A stretch of 63,885 nucleotides of DNA, the filler included, from Octopus bimaculoides (Eukaryota), in the NCBI RefSeq assembly GCF_001194135.2. It is 8 parts of 8 records of this genome, joined end to end, with 100 filler letters (N's around TTAATTAATTAA, not from the genome) between each part and the next. Parts side by side here need not be neighbours in the genome. Positions count along the whole stretch, not along the records: positions 1 to 10,349 come from NC_068989.1; positions 10,450 to 20,923 come from NC_068991.1; 6 more parts are not named here. The stretch is one strand, 5' to 3'. Positions 1-13,270 of this stretch are shown piece by piece (the stretch's first letter is position 1; each line of letters starts with the position of its first letter). The notes below the pieces were generated by a model. It made no database searches. It saw only the letters and a program-made list of their open reading frames with translations, and had not been told where the DNA came from. A program made the translations under genes and the position numbers.

Positions 1-56
<56 letters not shown>

Positions 57-729
57 GACATAACTCAGAGGCACTCTGACCAAACTTTCCTCTTTCTTTT
101 CCCAGTGTGTTTTTTGTTTTGTTTTTTCTACTTTCTATTTTTCAAATGCAAAGCGAACATCAGAATAAAACGTAATAGATAACCGTATATACACAAGCAA
201 CATACTAACAATGTACCATTGATTAGTTCCCATGTCTGCAGGAACACGATATAACATCTGCTGGTTATGACTGGTCGCTTGTTACAATATATCGTCTGCT
301 GAGATTGACATCTATCAATGTATTGATAGTAACAACTTTCACTTCGATCTTTTTCTCTCCAATTCTCTGTCCTCTTCCCCCTTGTCTCTCTTGATATATA
401 TATACATATATATATAACACGTGGTATATCAATCTTCTTTGAAATGTTTGCTCGTTATCGTCCTTTCTTTCTTTGTTTTTTATTAAATCCAATTTTTCAT
501 TTCCACTCCTACCTTCCGTCACAGTTTTTTTCTTCTTACCCCCACTTCTCCTTCCTCCTTCCCTCTCTTTCTCTCCTTTTCCTCCCTCTCCCTCTCGTCT
601 CTCGTCTCTTTTTCTCTCTTGCTTGCTCTCTATCAGTCGTTCACTTGTCCTTTACTTTAGCTTCTTTCCGACAATCCAGAGAAACACATTGGGATTTATA
701 GAGCTTTAATGCTACATACGAATACATAC

Positions 730-788
<59 letters not shown>

Positions 789-2109
789 NNNNNNNNNNNN
801 NNNNNNNNNNNNNNNNNNNNNNNNNNNNNNNNNNNNNNNNNNNNNNNNNNNNNNNNNNNNNNNNNNNNNNNNNNNNNNNNNNNNNNNNNNNNNNNNNNNN
901 NNNNNNNNNNNNNNNNNNNNNNNNNNNNNNNNNNNNNNNNNNNNNNNNNNNNNNNNNNNNNNNNNNNNNNNNNNNNNNNNNNNNNNNNNNNNNNNNNNNN
1001 NNNNNNNNNNNNNNNNNNNNNNNNNNNNNNNNNNNNNNNNNNNNNNNNNNNNNNNNNNNNNNNNNNNNNNNNNNNNNNNNNNNNNNNNNNNNNNNNNNNN
1101 NNNNNNNNNNNNNNNNNNNNNNNNNNNNNNNNNNNNNNNNNNNNNNNNNNNNNNNNNNNNNNNNNNNNNNNNNNNNNNNNNNNNNNNNNNNNNNNNNNNN
1201 NNNNNNNNNNNNNNNNNNNNNNNNNNNNNNNNNNNNNNNNNNNNNNNNNNNNNNNNNNNNNNNNNNNNNNNNNNNNNNNNNNNNNNNNNNNNNNNNNNNN
1301 NNNNNNNNNNNNNNNNNATATATATATATATATATATACATGTATATACATACATAAATACATATATACATATAAGTATAGTTATTTTTATTTAGGTACA
1401 TGTTTATATATATATAGATAGATACATACATGCCATAGACAGGCATCTCCCTCATTATAATTTATAGCATTCGATACATTTGCTACATATGCCTATGCCA
1501 TATTTATTATGACACTTCCAAAGCTCTGATTTAATATTTCTGTCGATTACGTATTTTCCAATTAATGCCAGTCTTTCGAAAGTCATCTTCCTCTCTATAT
1601 CCATGTCCATCACATTCCTGCTGACAACACAAACGAATCAATAAATGTTCAAACTACGTTTAGCCATCCTTAATGAAGGAAGTTTATCTTAAAGAAACTC
1701 AATTAAAGCAATGACAGATGAATACACATCTATTTATGTGACTTTTTTATCCGACTAAACCTAACGTCGTTAAAGACAACCAAGGTGACGCTAAACAGTA
1801 TTATGACCGGCTACAAAATAGCAGCTAAATATAACTCAAATTTCATCCATTCTTTAGAAATGATAAGACATTAGCTAATGCAATCCTAGATAATGCTACG
1901 ATAAAAGGTGGGATGGTCATAGTTGGAACATTGTTAATCATAGATCTGCCCGATGTACGCTACTCTGTTCTACACTGCAATAACAGTCAGATCCCTCAAA
2001 CTGACTGAGGCCCTTCCTCTCTCTCACCCTATGCAGCAAGTCTTCATGCATTTATATATATAATTATTTCACTATATCCAAGTATTTTATGTATCTATCT
2101 ATCTATGTG

Positions 2110-2176
<67 letters not shown>

Positions 2177-3019
2177 GGAGAGAGGAAGAAAGAGAGATTC
2201 AGTAAGGTATTTAATACCACTTGCTAAACTCAGACCAAGGCTCCAAAACCACCAGAAACTCAAAATAAAGATACACGCGAGCAATGCAATGAACTTATGA
2301 GAAATAGGCTTACTTTTGCGTTGAATACATCAGTAAGTAATGTATATTTCAATACCAATTGATTTCACCCTCTGAGCTAATGCAGTGAGTATTTTAGAAA
2401 TATATGTTAAAATGTTATTTTCAACTTACGATCCCAGAGTATGTTGGTCATACAGAGGATGAAATTAATCCTTCTTTCTAATGAAATAAATATATACACA
2501 TGCACACGCACTTACATGTGTGTCTGTGTATGTGTGTGCATGTATGTGTGTAAATGTCTGTTGATTAGCCAAAAGCTACAAATTACTGGACTCAATACAA
2601 ATATAGAGTATTTTTTAATACATCATAACAGAAAGGCTCTGGTTTCAGTACTCCGATCATGAGCTAGTAAACCGAGCTTAATTTTTTTTTTTGAACCTTC
2701 ATTGTCTGATTTTTTTGGATATTTTTTTGATTTTTTTTTTTTAAATATGAAAGGAAGATTTGAAGGAAACGCCCATCCTTATGTTCTTTCGTTTAAAACG
2801 ACACGTGCAAAAACAGCCGCATCAAGCTTACGCTTTTCATTTCATTTCTGGGCCTCGTGGTTATATTATTATTAATATCATAGACTCTATCCAATCGAAG
2901 TCATGAAACTGCGTTGCTGTTTAAGCAATATATCTTTAACAACATCAACAAGATATTTGTAAATTGTTTTTGTCTATGTGTGTAATGTTTGAAGTCAGTG
3001 CATGTGCAAATTTGTATGT

Positions 3020-3445
3020 TTTGTTTTTATTCTCATGCATAAAGGTGCATTTGTACCTGTAATCGTATTAACTTACGCCTTTCTGATTTTGAGAAGCCTA
3101 GATTCTCAAGATTGGTGTTGAGGCAGTTTGTTATATACCCTAGTGCTCCAATAATTACGGGCATAAATCTGTACTTGTAATCCGGGTAGAGTAGCTTTAA
3201 ATTTTTCAATAGTTTGCGAAGTAGTTGTTTTTTTTTCGCTGATCTTTAGTTTTATGTCTGTCCCTTTAGTCTGTCCCAGATCACTATATGTGGCCTATTA
3301 TGTTTCCGTTTTATTGAGGTCTTCACTGGAACATTCGACTAGTACTTTCTCACTTTATGAGTTGTTGTGGCCTCTACCACATTATGGTCTCTTACCTCTT
3401 TATCTTTCCGACGGATCTCATTGTATAGTGCCTTGGCATCAATAT
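3020..3445 (-). mobile_element. 3' fragment of an RLE-type non-LTR retrotransposon (R4/NeSL-like restriction-like endonuclease domain), decayed
   Basis: Minus-strand translation with a stop and frameshifts: DIDAKALYNEIRRK...*SNVPVKTSIKRKHNRPHIVIWDRLK and LLYPDYKYRFMPVIIGALGYITNCLNTNLENLGF. These match the HNRPDIV and PIIIGALG motifs of the RLE domain. Confidence 0.75.
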
Positions 3446-5399
3446 CATATACACATATTTTTCAATCTATTCTTCGTATATTTATTTTACATTTTAACGT
3501 GCACCCACACATAGTAGATTCGTTATAAGCATTATGTTCAGTGCATCTGAAATAAGGTGCGTGAAGAGCGCGCGTCAAACTTTCGTTTAAATATAAAATA
3601 TACTAAGATCAACCCTACTGAAATTATTCCAATAACAAGAACGAGTTTTTGCTATAGGCAAATCTTGAAATAAGAAAATATGTATACCGCCTTAGACAAT
3701 ATAGCTTTCTACCTAAGATATATATAAATTAATTTCTGCAAACACAGAATACCATTATTTTTTTCTCAGGCTGTTTGACTAGGCAAGTAAATTAGTTTGT
3801 TTTATACATTGCTTATTTCTATGGAAAATGGTTATTATTTTAGTTTATCGACTAACCCTTTCAAATCCGAAAAAAATTATTTCTTCAGACTTAAAGCATG
3901 TTATTAGTATATAGTATAGCTCAAACGAGGAATTGATAATAACAGCTTTCCATAATCACGTGCAATAACCTACAGGTTACGGTGAAAATGTTTTAAATTT
4001 TCAGTTTCATGAGTAACAAGAAAAGACTTCGGGTAACATATCAATGAGCAAGTGAATACGAAATATCTCATAAATCTTAATTTCAAATAGTTCTATTCAA
4101 AATGACATCTGCATTTAGTGTGTGCGCGTGAGAGAGAGACAGAGAGAGAGACAGAGAGAGAGAGAAAGAGAGTGACAGAAAGAAAGAAAAAGAGACAGAG
4201 TTTGAGAATATGCGTATATGTATATATTTCTTATGTATGTATGTATGTATGTACGTACGTATGCATGTATGCATATATATGTGTGTATGTATGTATGCAT
4301 GTATGCATGTATGTATGCATGTATATAGGCATGTATGTATGATGCATGTATGTATGTGTGTATGTATGTATGTATCCTCCAAGAAGTTCGTGCAAGTCGA
4401 GAGGAAGCATAAGCAAGCAAGATGGTTGAACTTAGCCAACAAGAAGCTTGAACAATTTGTGTCAACATACAAGAGCAGCGTTGCTTGATCGAATGTCTAT
4501 CTCATCCAATTCTTTATCCAGACTGTCTACGACACTTTACTAAGTCCGACAATTTTTCACATGTGAGGTACTGAACTGGTCAAAACTCATTAATTTCTTA
4601 GCTTAGTATATTTTAATGAAATTTCGAATATCCGCAGTGAAAATGCCTCGTTTTGTTTAAAATTGGGTAGTGTGCATCAATGCTTGCAAGAAAGAAAAGA
4701 TGCTATTTTTTTTTCAACCAAAATCGTTAAATTCGAATGGCTTCTGATCAACACCCGCTAACCAAAAAAAACATATGAGAAACTTCTGATAAATTTAGAT
4801 GTGTTGCTGCAGTTTCGTTTTCATTGCCTCAGTTTGTTTTTATCACTCAACAAAATCAAGCGATGAATTTTAATTTTTCCAAGCGGATATTTGGCAATCT
4901 GAAACGTTCTTTGCAATCTACCTGGTTCACTGCTTTTGATTTCATTCATTGAGACCAAATGTACGATTCTGCATAATTTTTTATAAGAAAAGTATAAAGA
5001 AAATTCAGAGCCTCCTCGTTATGTTAGAAGTAGAATTATAAGTATTTTGTATCCAGTAGAATTTGAAAATATCATCAGCACCGGAGTAGAATGTCAGCAC
5101 TCTCTTAATGAATCGGAATGCGAATTACAAAACGTTATTACCTGAGACAACTCCCGGCTAAAACGGTACGAAATAATATGCAAATAATTAGTATGTACAA
5201 AGCAAAACTTATAGAATGTTTACATAGCATTTCTTGACGAAAATGACCATATAAGGAAATGTTCAAAGTATTATCTTATTTGTATAATCTTGTATAATTT
5301 AGAATGAATAGTAATACAGATGTCCTCGGGTATTTCGACAAAGATTGTACTGATAAATGCTTTAGCCACGATATACAAAATGAATTCTCTTTTATATTA

Positions 5400-6900
5400 T
5401 AATAGATTTATTTTATGAAATAGGTTCAAAATATGTTATTAATTATCATCGAATAATATGGTGATGCATGCAATAAATAAAAAAAATTATATTATGTATT
5501 TGGTAGATCGAAAACCTCTTAGTGGCCAAGACGGAACTTCTGACTTGTTTATGTTTGACAGGCAGTATTTTCAATTCTCATAGATGCACTCACAAAACGA
5601 TATTTCTGCAAGTATAGATGAAGCATCAAACTTATTTGGAGCGACCGAGCTTCTGGGAGATTTTCAGCACATTGTCAAATGTATTCTTTAAGACAGAGTC
5701 TGAAGAGGTCAACAATGTTATGTAAGGAACTATCTAGAGATGAGTAATAATGAGTAGATTGTTATTCTAATCAAGTATTTACCAAAGTTGGAAAACTTAT
5801 TACGCAAAGTAAGTTTTAAAACAACAGTGAAAGAGCGTGAAAAACTGACGGCCGGTTGCATCTTAAGTTTGAACAGTAGGTGCTGTTTACTTTCGATGGA
5901 TTCTTGATAATTATTCAATTCTATTCGAAGTTTGACAAGAATAGGTTTAATCATAATTGAATGCCGCTGTTCGGAACCGTGTAATCGGTTGAGACACTCA
6001 AATAAAAACGTTTGATTTATTTGTTGGATTAAATCTCTGGCAGCTCTAGTATCTGTATAGGCATGCAGAAAATTTATCAAAGTCTGTACGTAGCTGCAAT
6101 ATCGTCAAGAGATAGATAGCGGATGGTTGGAATTACTTAACAAGTTTCGAAATACATGAAGAATGAAGATTCAATTGATACCCTCTGCGACATAGCATTT
6201 CTTTCAGAACTTGTATTGCCACAGAAGTAAAAGGCCTCTACAAAAAGTGAAATAGGGCCTTGTGAAGAAACATTTCGGTCAATAGTTTGAGACCTCTACA
6301 GCCATATGTATTTTGTAGCCTTAGATGCAATAACGTATTCGGTTTGCACAAATTTTAATCATGAATGTTATATGGTATATTCAAAGCATTGAATATAAAT
6401 GCTTCTACAAGTGATCACCAAAGATGAGACTCACCAGAAACAAAATTTCGAATTTACTAATGAAAAATTAGCCAGTGTCATTGACTTTAATTCTTTGTTA
6501 ACTTCTGGCATTTGGCGTTTACCATATAAAATGCTTGTTGTTCCACTGAATTTGAAGACCATCTGCTAACTTTTCCAGGTAATTTCTGCAATATCTATTG
6601 TGGCCGAAGGAATATTTCATTTTATGTGCCAAAGCAATTGACGAATGCCTTGGATCAAGAAAACATTAAATTCTCCAGCTACACTTTTATATCAGTTAGA
6701 GTAGAGAGATGAATTAAATCTCGTCGTTGTTGCAACAGAAAATGGTTCTTGAAATGAGAAAAGGCAACATAATCTCGGTACATTTTAAATGGATTCATGG
6801 AATTGAGTTGAATAATAAAATTCCATAATTCTGACTTTATACTTTCCCTTAAAATGTCACAGAACAATCGAGAGTTTAATACACACACGTTACAAATTGT
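5400..6900 (-). mobile_element. Possible highly decayed Penelope-like element (RT thumb plus GIY-YIG remnants)
   Basis: Weak minus-strand pieces in the expected order: LENLMFF / IALAHKM...YLEKL, then KEMLCRRGYQ (thumb RGY-like), then YITLLTSSDSVLKEYI*QCAENL (GIY-YIG-like). Many stops and frameshifts. Confidence 0.3.
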
Positions 6901-7560
6901 AATCAACGCTTTCCTAAAGTCCTAATTACGCAATTAACAAATATTTAAGGTTACGAACGTGGAGAAATCATGAATGATTTCAAACATGGTAACGGTCGGT
7001 TTCTATTTTAATACAAATTCACATTTAATCTAGTGAGTTTAAATCCTAGTAAATATGTTAACCACCTTTACTGCGTACTACCACATATAACTATAATTTT
7101 TAATACACCCTCCAACACACACAAACACATAAAAACACGCATACACACACGCATAACACACGCAGAAAACACACACACTAACACAAAAGCAACATTCACA
7201 CTCATGCATACATAAAAAAACAGTTCCAGGTTGCTTGATACTTGTTGCATATTGAGCAATTTAATTAATATCAAAGATGCTTGTGCAAGTCCTATCCACT
7301 TACCTTCTTCATCTCATGTTGTTTAAGTTGGCACATGTTTATACAAGCTTAAAATAGCATGTAAGCATGTTAAGCATATTTAAATGAAGGCGGCCGTCTC
7401 CTACAAGCCTTCCAGCCATTTAACAATAGCTTTGAAATTGAAAACTTCTGTACTCAAACCATCTGTTCTAGGTCTGTTCTGCTAACAGTTTTTTTTAAAC
7501 ATAAAATGTATATACCAGCCTTGAACGATTATGATACGTGTGTACATATGTATATAGTGC

Positions 7561-7991
7561 TTTTACTCTTTTTACTCTTTACTCTTTTACTCTTTTACTT
7601 GTTTCAGTCATTTGAATGCGGCCATGCTGGAGCACCGCCTTTAGTCGAGCAAATCGACCCCAGGACTTATTCTTTGGAAGCCTAGTACTTATTCTATTGG
7701 TCTCATTTGCCGAACCGCTATGTTACGGGGACATAAACACACTAGCATCGGTTGTCAAGCGATGTTGGGGGGACAAGCACAGACACAAGCATACACACAC
7801 ACACGCGCGCGCGNNNNNNNNNNATATATATATATATATATATACATAAACGACGCGCTTCTTTCAGTTTCCGTCTACTAAATCCACTCACAAGGCTTTG
7901 GTCGGTCAGAGGCTATATTAGAAGACACTTGCCCAAGGTGCCACGCAGTGAGAATGAACCCGGAACCATGTGGTTGGTAAGCAAGCTACTT
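7561..7991 (-). mobile_element. tRNA-headed SINE, family 1 (internal microsatellite, RTE-like tail with TACTCTTT repeats)
   Basis: Closely similar to 14246-14745. On the minus strand: B-box-like head, then CACCTTGGGCAAGTGTC domain, ending GGCGGTGCTCCAGCATGGCCGC...AAACAAGTAAAAGAGTAAAAGAG. Confidence 0.85.
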
Positions 7992-8246
7992 ATTCTTAAA
8001 TCTCATACATTTTACTTTTTTGTGTATTTATATATATGTATGGGGCAGATGGGACTCCATAGCCATGGTGAGGGCAACCCATCTAGGAGGAAGAAAACTG
8101 ATATAAAACCAGGTTTGTAATTGCTTACAGTCCCCTTAGTTAATGTGCACTATCAGCATCTACTTTCTCATGTGTGTATGTGTGTGTGTGTGTGTGCGTG
8201 TATGTATGTATGTATGTATGTCTGTATGTACGTACGTATGTATATC

Positions 8247-8291
<45 letters not shown>

Positions 8292-9889
8292 CTACTCTAT
8301 CACAATCAGCTTTTCATTTATTTAAGGTGGGGGAAACTAGTCCAATATTCCTATGGTTTATGTCGCACCCCAAAATATCTACAAATGATTAAGTCATTTT
8401 ATATCTATATTATAATTGTAACACTATTATCAGTCATATTATATTTAGTTTGTTTCTCCAGCAATAGTGAGATGGAAGATTTTGATTTTGCATACGTGAT
8501 ACGCTCACGTGTTGTGAGATGAATGCGGTTGGAATATATGTAGTAGCTTTCCCAAGGAACCTTAACTTATTAACTCACATGACTGGGTTTTTTCAACAAA
8601 CAATACAGCGCCTTTGTATTTTCAGCCAGTTTCCTACAAAGACTAGATTTGTTAAGATGTCTTCTGCGTCACTTTAATTTTATGTAAGTTTTTCATGAGT
8701 AAATAAATTCTCAACGCGAAGACGGTACTATGTGATAGCTGGTTTCTAATTAAGGTAATCTCTTTTATACACGTTTTAATGAATTGAATAATATAATGCT
8801 AGAATTTACAGACAAAAACATAACAAATATTATTAAAATGTGTAAAGCAATAAAGAAATATAAACAAAATGATTACATCCAATCTTTTCTCCGTCAATGG
8901 ACAGTTTAGCAAAGTAATATTATGCAGATTAAATACCGAATAACAACAGTAAAATCAATGAAAAAATTTTTTAGAAATTATGAAACTATAAGAAAATTCC
9001 TCCAAAGAGTCTTAAAATGCAATTTAGTTCTTAAGAAACTGAACTTTAAACAGCCGTCATTTTCTTTACGGCATGAATGCACAAATGTAATACAAATACG
9101 ACACTCGTTGCACAGTTGAGTGAACAGCGTCAAAACATGTATTTGCTATTATCATTTACTAATGCCAGAAAGCTGAATTCAAGCAATGATATGCAGAAGC
9201 AGTTTAGCTCAGCCTCTGTTCTTCTTTGCAGCTAAAGCCAGAGGATTAATAATTTCAAATCAAGTGTAAGTTGTAATCAGATGTTTTGTGGTATAATCTG
9301 GAAAAAGGAATCATGAGATAATTGTTGAATTTTAGCAATTATTATTGAGTATGATGTGGTTGTAGATTGATGCCACAAAAGAATAATGTATATGTGTGTG
9401 TGCGTACATGTGTGTGTTTATAGATTTATAAATGTATGTACATGTGTGTGTGTGAGAGAGAGAGAGAGTGTGTGTGAGAGAGAGAGAGTGTGTGTGAGAG
9501 AGAGAGAGTGTGTGTGTACGGGTATGCATTCTTGCTTTAAGGAAGTTGCTAAGAAGTGACATAAATTATAGAAAAGATTTTGACTTCTGCCAGAAAATTA
9601 CTGAGGTGATTTATAAGTATTTTGATAAGCCAACAGGGGAACCTCTATCTGGTCTATAAATTTGCTGATATAGCAGTCAAAATCCCTCAAATCACACTTA
9701 ACTGCCTTAAAAAGGTTTGGGATCCGTTTTGATCTTACACCAATTTCACGAGGACTGAGATAAGTCTAAAAACCAACAACACAGCTACTTGTGTATGGAC
9801 ACACGTATGTTAATCGGTGAGTGATGTCATCTATGTATTTATTATCCACACATCTTTCTATGTGTCTTTCTCTGGATGATAGCTTTGGT

Positions 9890-10060
9890 ATCTTTTATCT
9901 GTTTCAGCCATTAGAGAACTTTAGTGAAATAAATCGACCACAGTAATATTTTAAGCCTGGTATTTATTCTATCGGTCTATTTTGGCGAACCGCTAGGATA
10001 CGGGGTTGTAAAGACACCAACACTGGTTGTCAAGCGGTGTAGAGCGCAAACGGAGATACA
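9890..10060 (-). mobile_element. Partial diverged SINE family 1 copy
   Basis: TGTTTCAGCCATT...AAATCGACC...TTCTATCGGTCT...GCGAACCGCTAGGATACGGGG...GGTTGTCAAGCG aligns by eye with 14270-14430. Confidence 0.7.
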
Positions 10061-10076
10061 AAGAAACACACTCATA

Positions 10077-10112
<36 letters not shown>

Positions 10113-10310
10113 TGCATGTATGTACGTATGTATGCATGTGTGTATGTATGTATGTATGTATGTATGTATGTGTGTATGTATGTATATGTAGAGGGGTTAT
10201 ATGGTCCCTGCCAGTAGAGTCTAACGGACCATCTATAAAGCTTAGCGCTTTATGGATGCGATACCATTGGTCACTCTATGACCAGACATATTTAACCGCA
10301 TGTAAATATG

Positions 10311-10349
<39 letters not shown>

Positions 10350-10449
10350 NNNNNNNNNNNNNNNNNNNNNNNNNNNNNNNNNNNNNNNNNNNNTTAATTA
10401 ATTAANNNNNNNNNNNNNNNNNNNNNNNNNNNNNNNNNNNNNNNNNNNN
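10350..10449. other. Artificial scaffold-joining spacer (44N-TTAATTAATTAA-44N)
   Basis: Exactly 44 N, TTAATTAATTAA (10394-10405, stops in all six frames), 44 N; the same 100-bp structure occurs seven times. Confidence 0.97.
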
Positions 10450-10562
10450 TATATATATATATATATCATATAAATATCAAATTAACTGATGTTCATCTCT
10501 CACTGGATGGAATACTTACTTTTTTTTGTTGATCCTACATATAACGGAGCAGTAAGCTATAT

Positions 10563-10621
<59 letters not shown>

Positions 10622-10816
10622 TATAGATAGATGCATGTATGTATTATGCTTGTATGTATGTATGTATGTATGTATGTATGTATGTATATCAAAGTGATAC
10701 GTCAACGCACGAAATTCTCTGACCCTGTTATTTCCGCTAAAAATTAATTAAAATATACATATGCTCAAATTTTTACTTCTATTTTTCCTGTTTGCATCAC
10801 TATACCTACATACATA

Positions 10817-10965
10817 TTAAAGGAAAAGGAAAACAAAACCATGGCAGGACGAGCATCTCAGCTCATTTAGAATATTTAATTAGAGTAAAGGTAAATCTCT
10901 AATTAAATATTCTAAATGACCTGAGATACTCACCCTGCCTTGGTTTTGTCGTCCTTTTCTTTTAA
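10817..10965. mobile_element. Near-perfect hairpin MITE flanked by TTAA (Kolobok/T2-MITE-like)
   Basis: Arms of about 65 bp (AGGAAAAGGAAAACAAAACC...TTTAGAATATTTAATTAGAG / CTCTAATTAAATATTCTAAA...GGTTTTGTCGTCCTTTTCTT) around an 11-nt loop at 10886-10896, with TTAA on both sides. Confidence 0.65.
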
Positions 10966-11430
10966 TACATACCTGCTGACTCAGAAACCTACTTCGGATT
11001 CCAAACTCCAGCCTCAGAATTATTCTGTCTTGTCATTTGGTTTTGTCTATATCCTTCAGGATTTCTTCTAAGCGTTGCCTACCATCCTTGTCTTTTGGCC
11101 TTAAGGCTTTATTTTGCTCGTTTCGTCTTTACCCATCGCCTTACATTATGTATATTTTTTACTTTCGTATGTCTACTTTGCGTCTTTCGCAGGCACCGCC
11201 AACATGGGAAACCTCAGTCTTATCATTAATGGTGCGAAACTGAGTATTACCATTTTGGTTAATAACTGATGAAGAAAGAACTAGGGACCCCCTATGTCTT
11301 ATACATATAGGTTTTTTTTTTATCTGTCGTTGTTTATTTACAATGCATTTTTTTTCTTTTATTAAGTAACGGTACGCAACACGCACTTGACACACACACA
11401 CACACGTATGTGCGTGTGTGCGTATTTGTG

Positions 11431-11622
11431 TATGATTGACCGTTGACTGAACACTATTCAATTTTTTTTCTCCGTGTTTTTCTCCTTGTCTCCGTATTCT
11501 TTCTGTTGAAGAGCGTAGCTCGAAACGTCAAAGACTTTCCGTATTCCCGAGCGTCATACTAATATATACTTTTGTTATTTACACCACCTGTCCTCGTCTG
11601 TTGTTATTATTTGTATATTCTC
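11431..11622 (+). mobile_element. 192-bp short element carrying a hammerhead-like motif, copy 1 (probably Penelope pLTR-derived)
   Basis: Identical by eye to 29737-29928 on a different scaffold; runs into an N gap at 11623. Confidence 0.8.
11498..11534 (+). ncRNA. Minimal type I hammerhead ribozyme-like motif (A6>U core variant)
   Basis: UCUUU-CUGUUGA-A-GAGC(GUA)GCUC-GAAAC-GUC-AAAGA: stem I UCUUU/AAAGA, stem II GAGC/GCUC, palindromic ACGU stem III, GUC cleavage triplet. Confidence 0.6.
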
Positions 11623-12218
11623 NNNNNNNNNNNNNNNNNNNNNNNNNNNNNNNNNNNNNNNNNNNNNNNNNNNNNNNNNNNNNNNNNNNNNNNNNNNNNN
11701 NNNNNNNNNNNNNNNNNNNNNNNNNNNNNNNNNNNNNNNNNNNNNNNNNNNNNNNNNNNNNNNNNNNNNNNNNNNNNNNNNNNNNNNNNNNNNNNNNNNN
11801 NNNNNNNNNNNNNNNNNNNNNNNNNNNNNNNNNNNNNNNNNNNNNNNNNNNNNNNNNNNNNNNNNNNNNNNNNNNNNNNNNNNNNNNNNNNNNNNNNNNN
11901 NNNNNNNNNNNNNNNNNNNNNNNNNNNNNNNNNNNNNNNNNNNNNNNNNNNNNNNNNNNNNNNNNNNNNNNNNNNNNNNNNNNNNNNNNNNNNNNNNNNN
12001 NNNNNNNNNNNNNNNNNNNNNNNNNNNNNNNNNNNNNNNNNNNNNNNNNNNNNNNNATAGATAGATAGATATACAATATATAAACATATATATACATATA
12101 TAGATATTGTTGCTTATTTTGATTTCAATCACCTTACTTTGAAATTGTATGGATAATACCGTACTAAATTCCGGTGCCTCAACTTAAGTACCATATTCAT
12201 CTGAATCTAAATTTTTAC

Positions 12219-12257
<39 letters not shown>

Positions 12258-12302
12258 TACAATATATAAACATATATATACATACACATACAAACACGCA
12301 CG

Positions 12303-12338
<36 letters not shown>

Positions 12339-12348
12339 NNNNNNNNNN

Positions 12349-12462
12349 CCTTTCATCCTTTCGGGGTCGATAAATTAAATACCAGTTGTGTACTGGAGAC
12401 GATTTAATCGACTCGTCCCCTACCCTAAAATTTCGGGCCTTGTGCCTAGAATAGAAAAGAAT
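12349..12462 (+). mobile_element. SINE family 2, 3' half
   Basis: CCTTTCATCCTTTCGGGGTCGATAAATTAAATACCAG...GGCCTTGTGCCTAGAATAGAAAAGAAT is the reverse-complement counterpart of the copy at 16046-16259. Confidence 0.8.
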
Positions 12463-12549
12463 ACATAATTATTATTATTATTATTTTTTCTTATATATTT
12501 GTATTACGCTTTGAAACGTTCGTATGTGCTTATTAAATCCATTTTTTGA

Positions 12550-13270
12550 TTTTTTAACATCTTTTCTCCATTTTTATAATTGTTTATGGTATCTTTATAC
12601 CTATGGCGAACTCTTTCAATTTGTTATTTTCATATTCTTACTGCTTGCTCTAGCGGGATATTTCTGAATATGATGAATTTTTATTAGAAATTATTTTCTC
12701 TCTTCTTGGACTCATCAAAAAGTTTGAATTGTTCTACTTGAACTTATTTTTTTTCTCACATACATGTATGTGATCCGTTTACTCAGTACTGAGCACAATA
12801 TATTGCATGATGTTTCACAGTATTCCCGGATTTCTGGAAGCCAGGTAAGAAATCCGTTACTGTACTCTAAATAGCTAAAGATGGCTATTTTCTTTAGTCT
12901 GGAAATGAATAACATTGTCGATAGAGCAATAAAACACGGCGAAACTAAACTGGATTATCGTCTTTACCAGGTCTCTGAGATCATAAAAAAAAACACGTTA
13001 TTTAACCAAAATATCTTACTTTTCGTTGAGAGGCCAAAAATGTGTTTACAAAAACATGCCCACCCGTGTGTTTTTCTTTTCTTTTTTTCCTTAAACAACA
13101 TAGTGTGGTTTGAGGGAAGTTTTGCATCTATTTCTTGCAGGCCGAATGGCCACGAATATACTCGTTCATCAACTTGAGCTTTTTCATTAGTTCTGGCACA
13201 TATAACATTTCTATGATGCAACTGGGAGCTTTTCATCCAATTTGTAGTTTGAGCGTATTTCATGTTTCTA
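12550..13270 (-). mobile_element. Possible decayed Penelope-like RT fragment
   Basis: Weak frameshifted minus-strand pieces: G*KAPSCIIEMLY, WACFCKHIFGL (resembles WxRYxDDIF), SIDNVIHFQTKENSHL (resembles SIHPNIKFTxExE). Confidence 0.3.

Noticed and set aside
12715-12960. Minus-strand peptide FIALSTMLFISRLKK resembling a GPCR TM5 end
   Set aside because: Flanked by stops with no other TM helices; weak Penelope RT similarity explains the region at least as well
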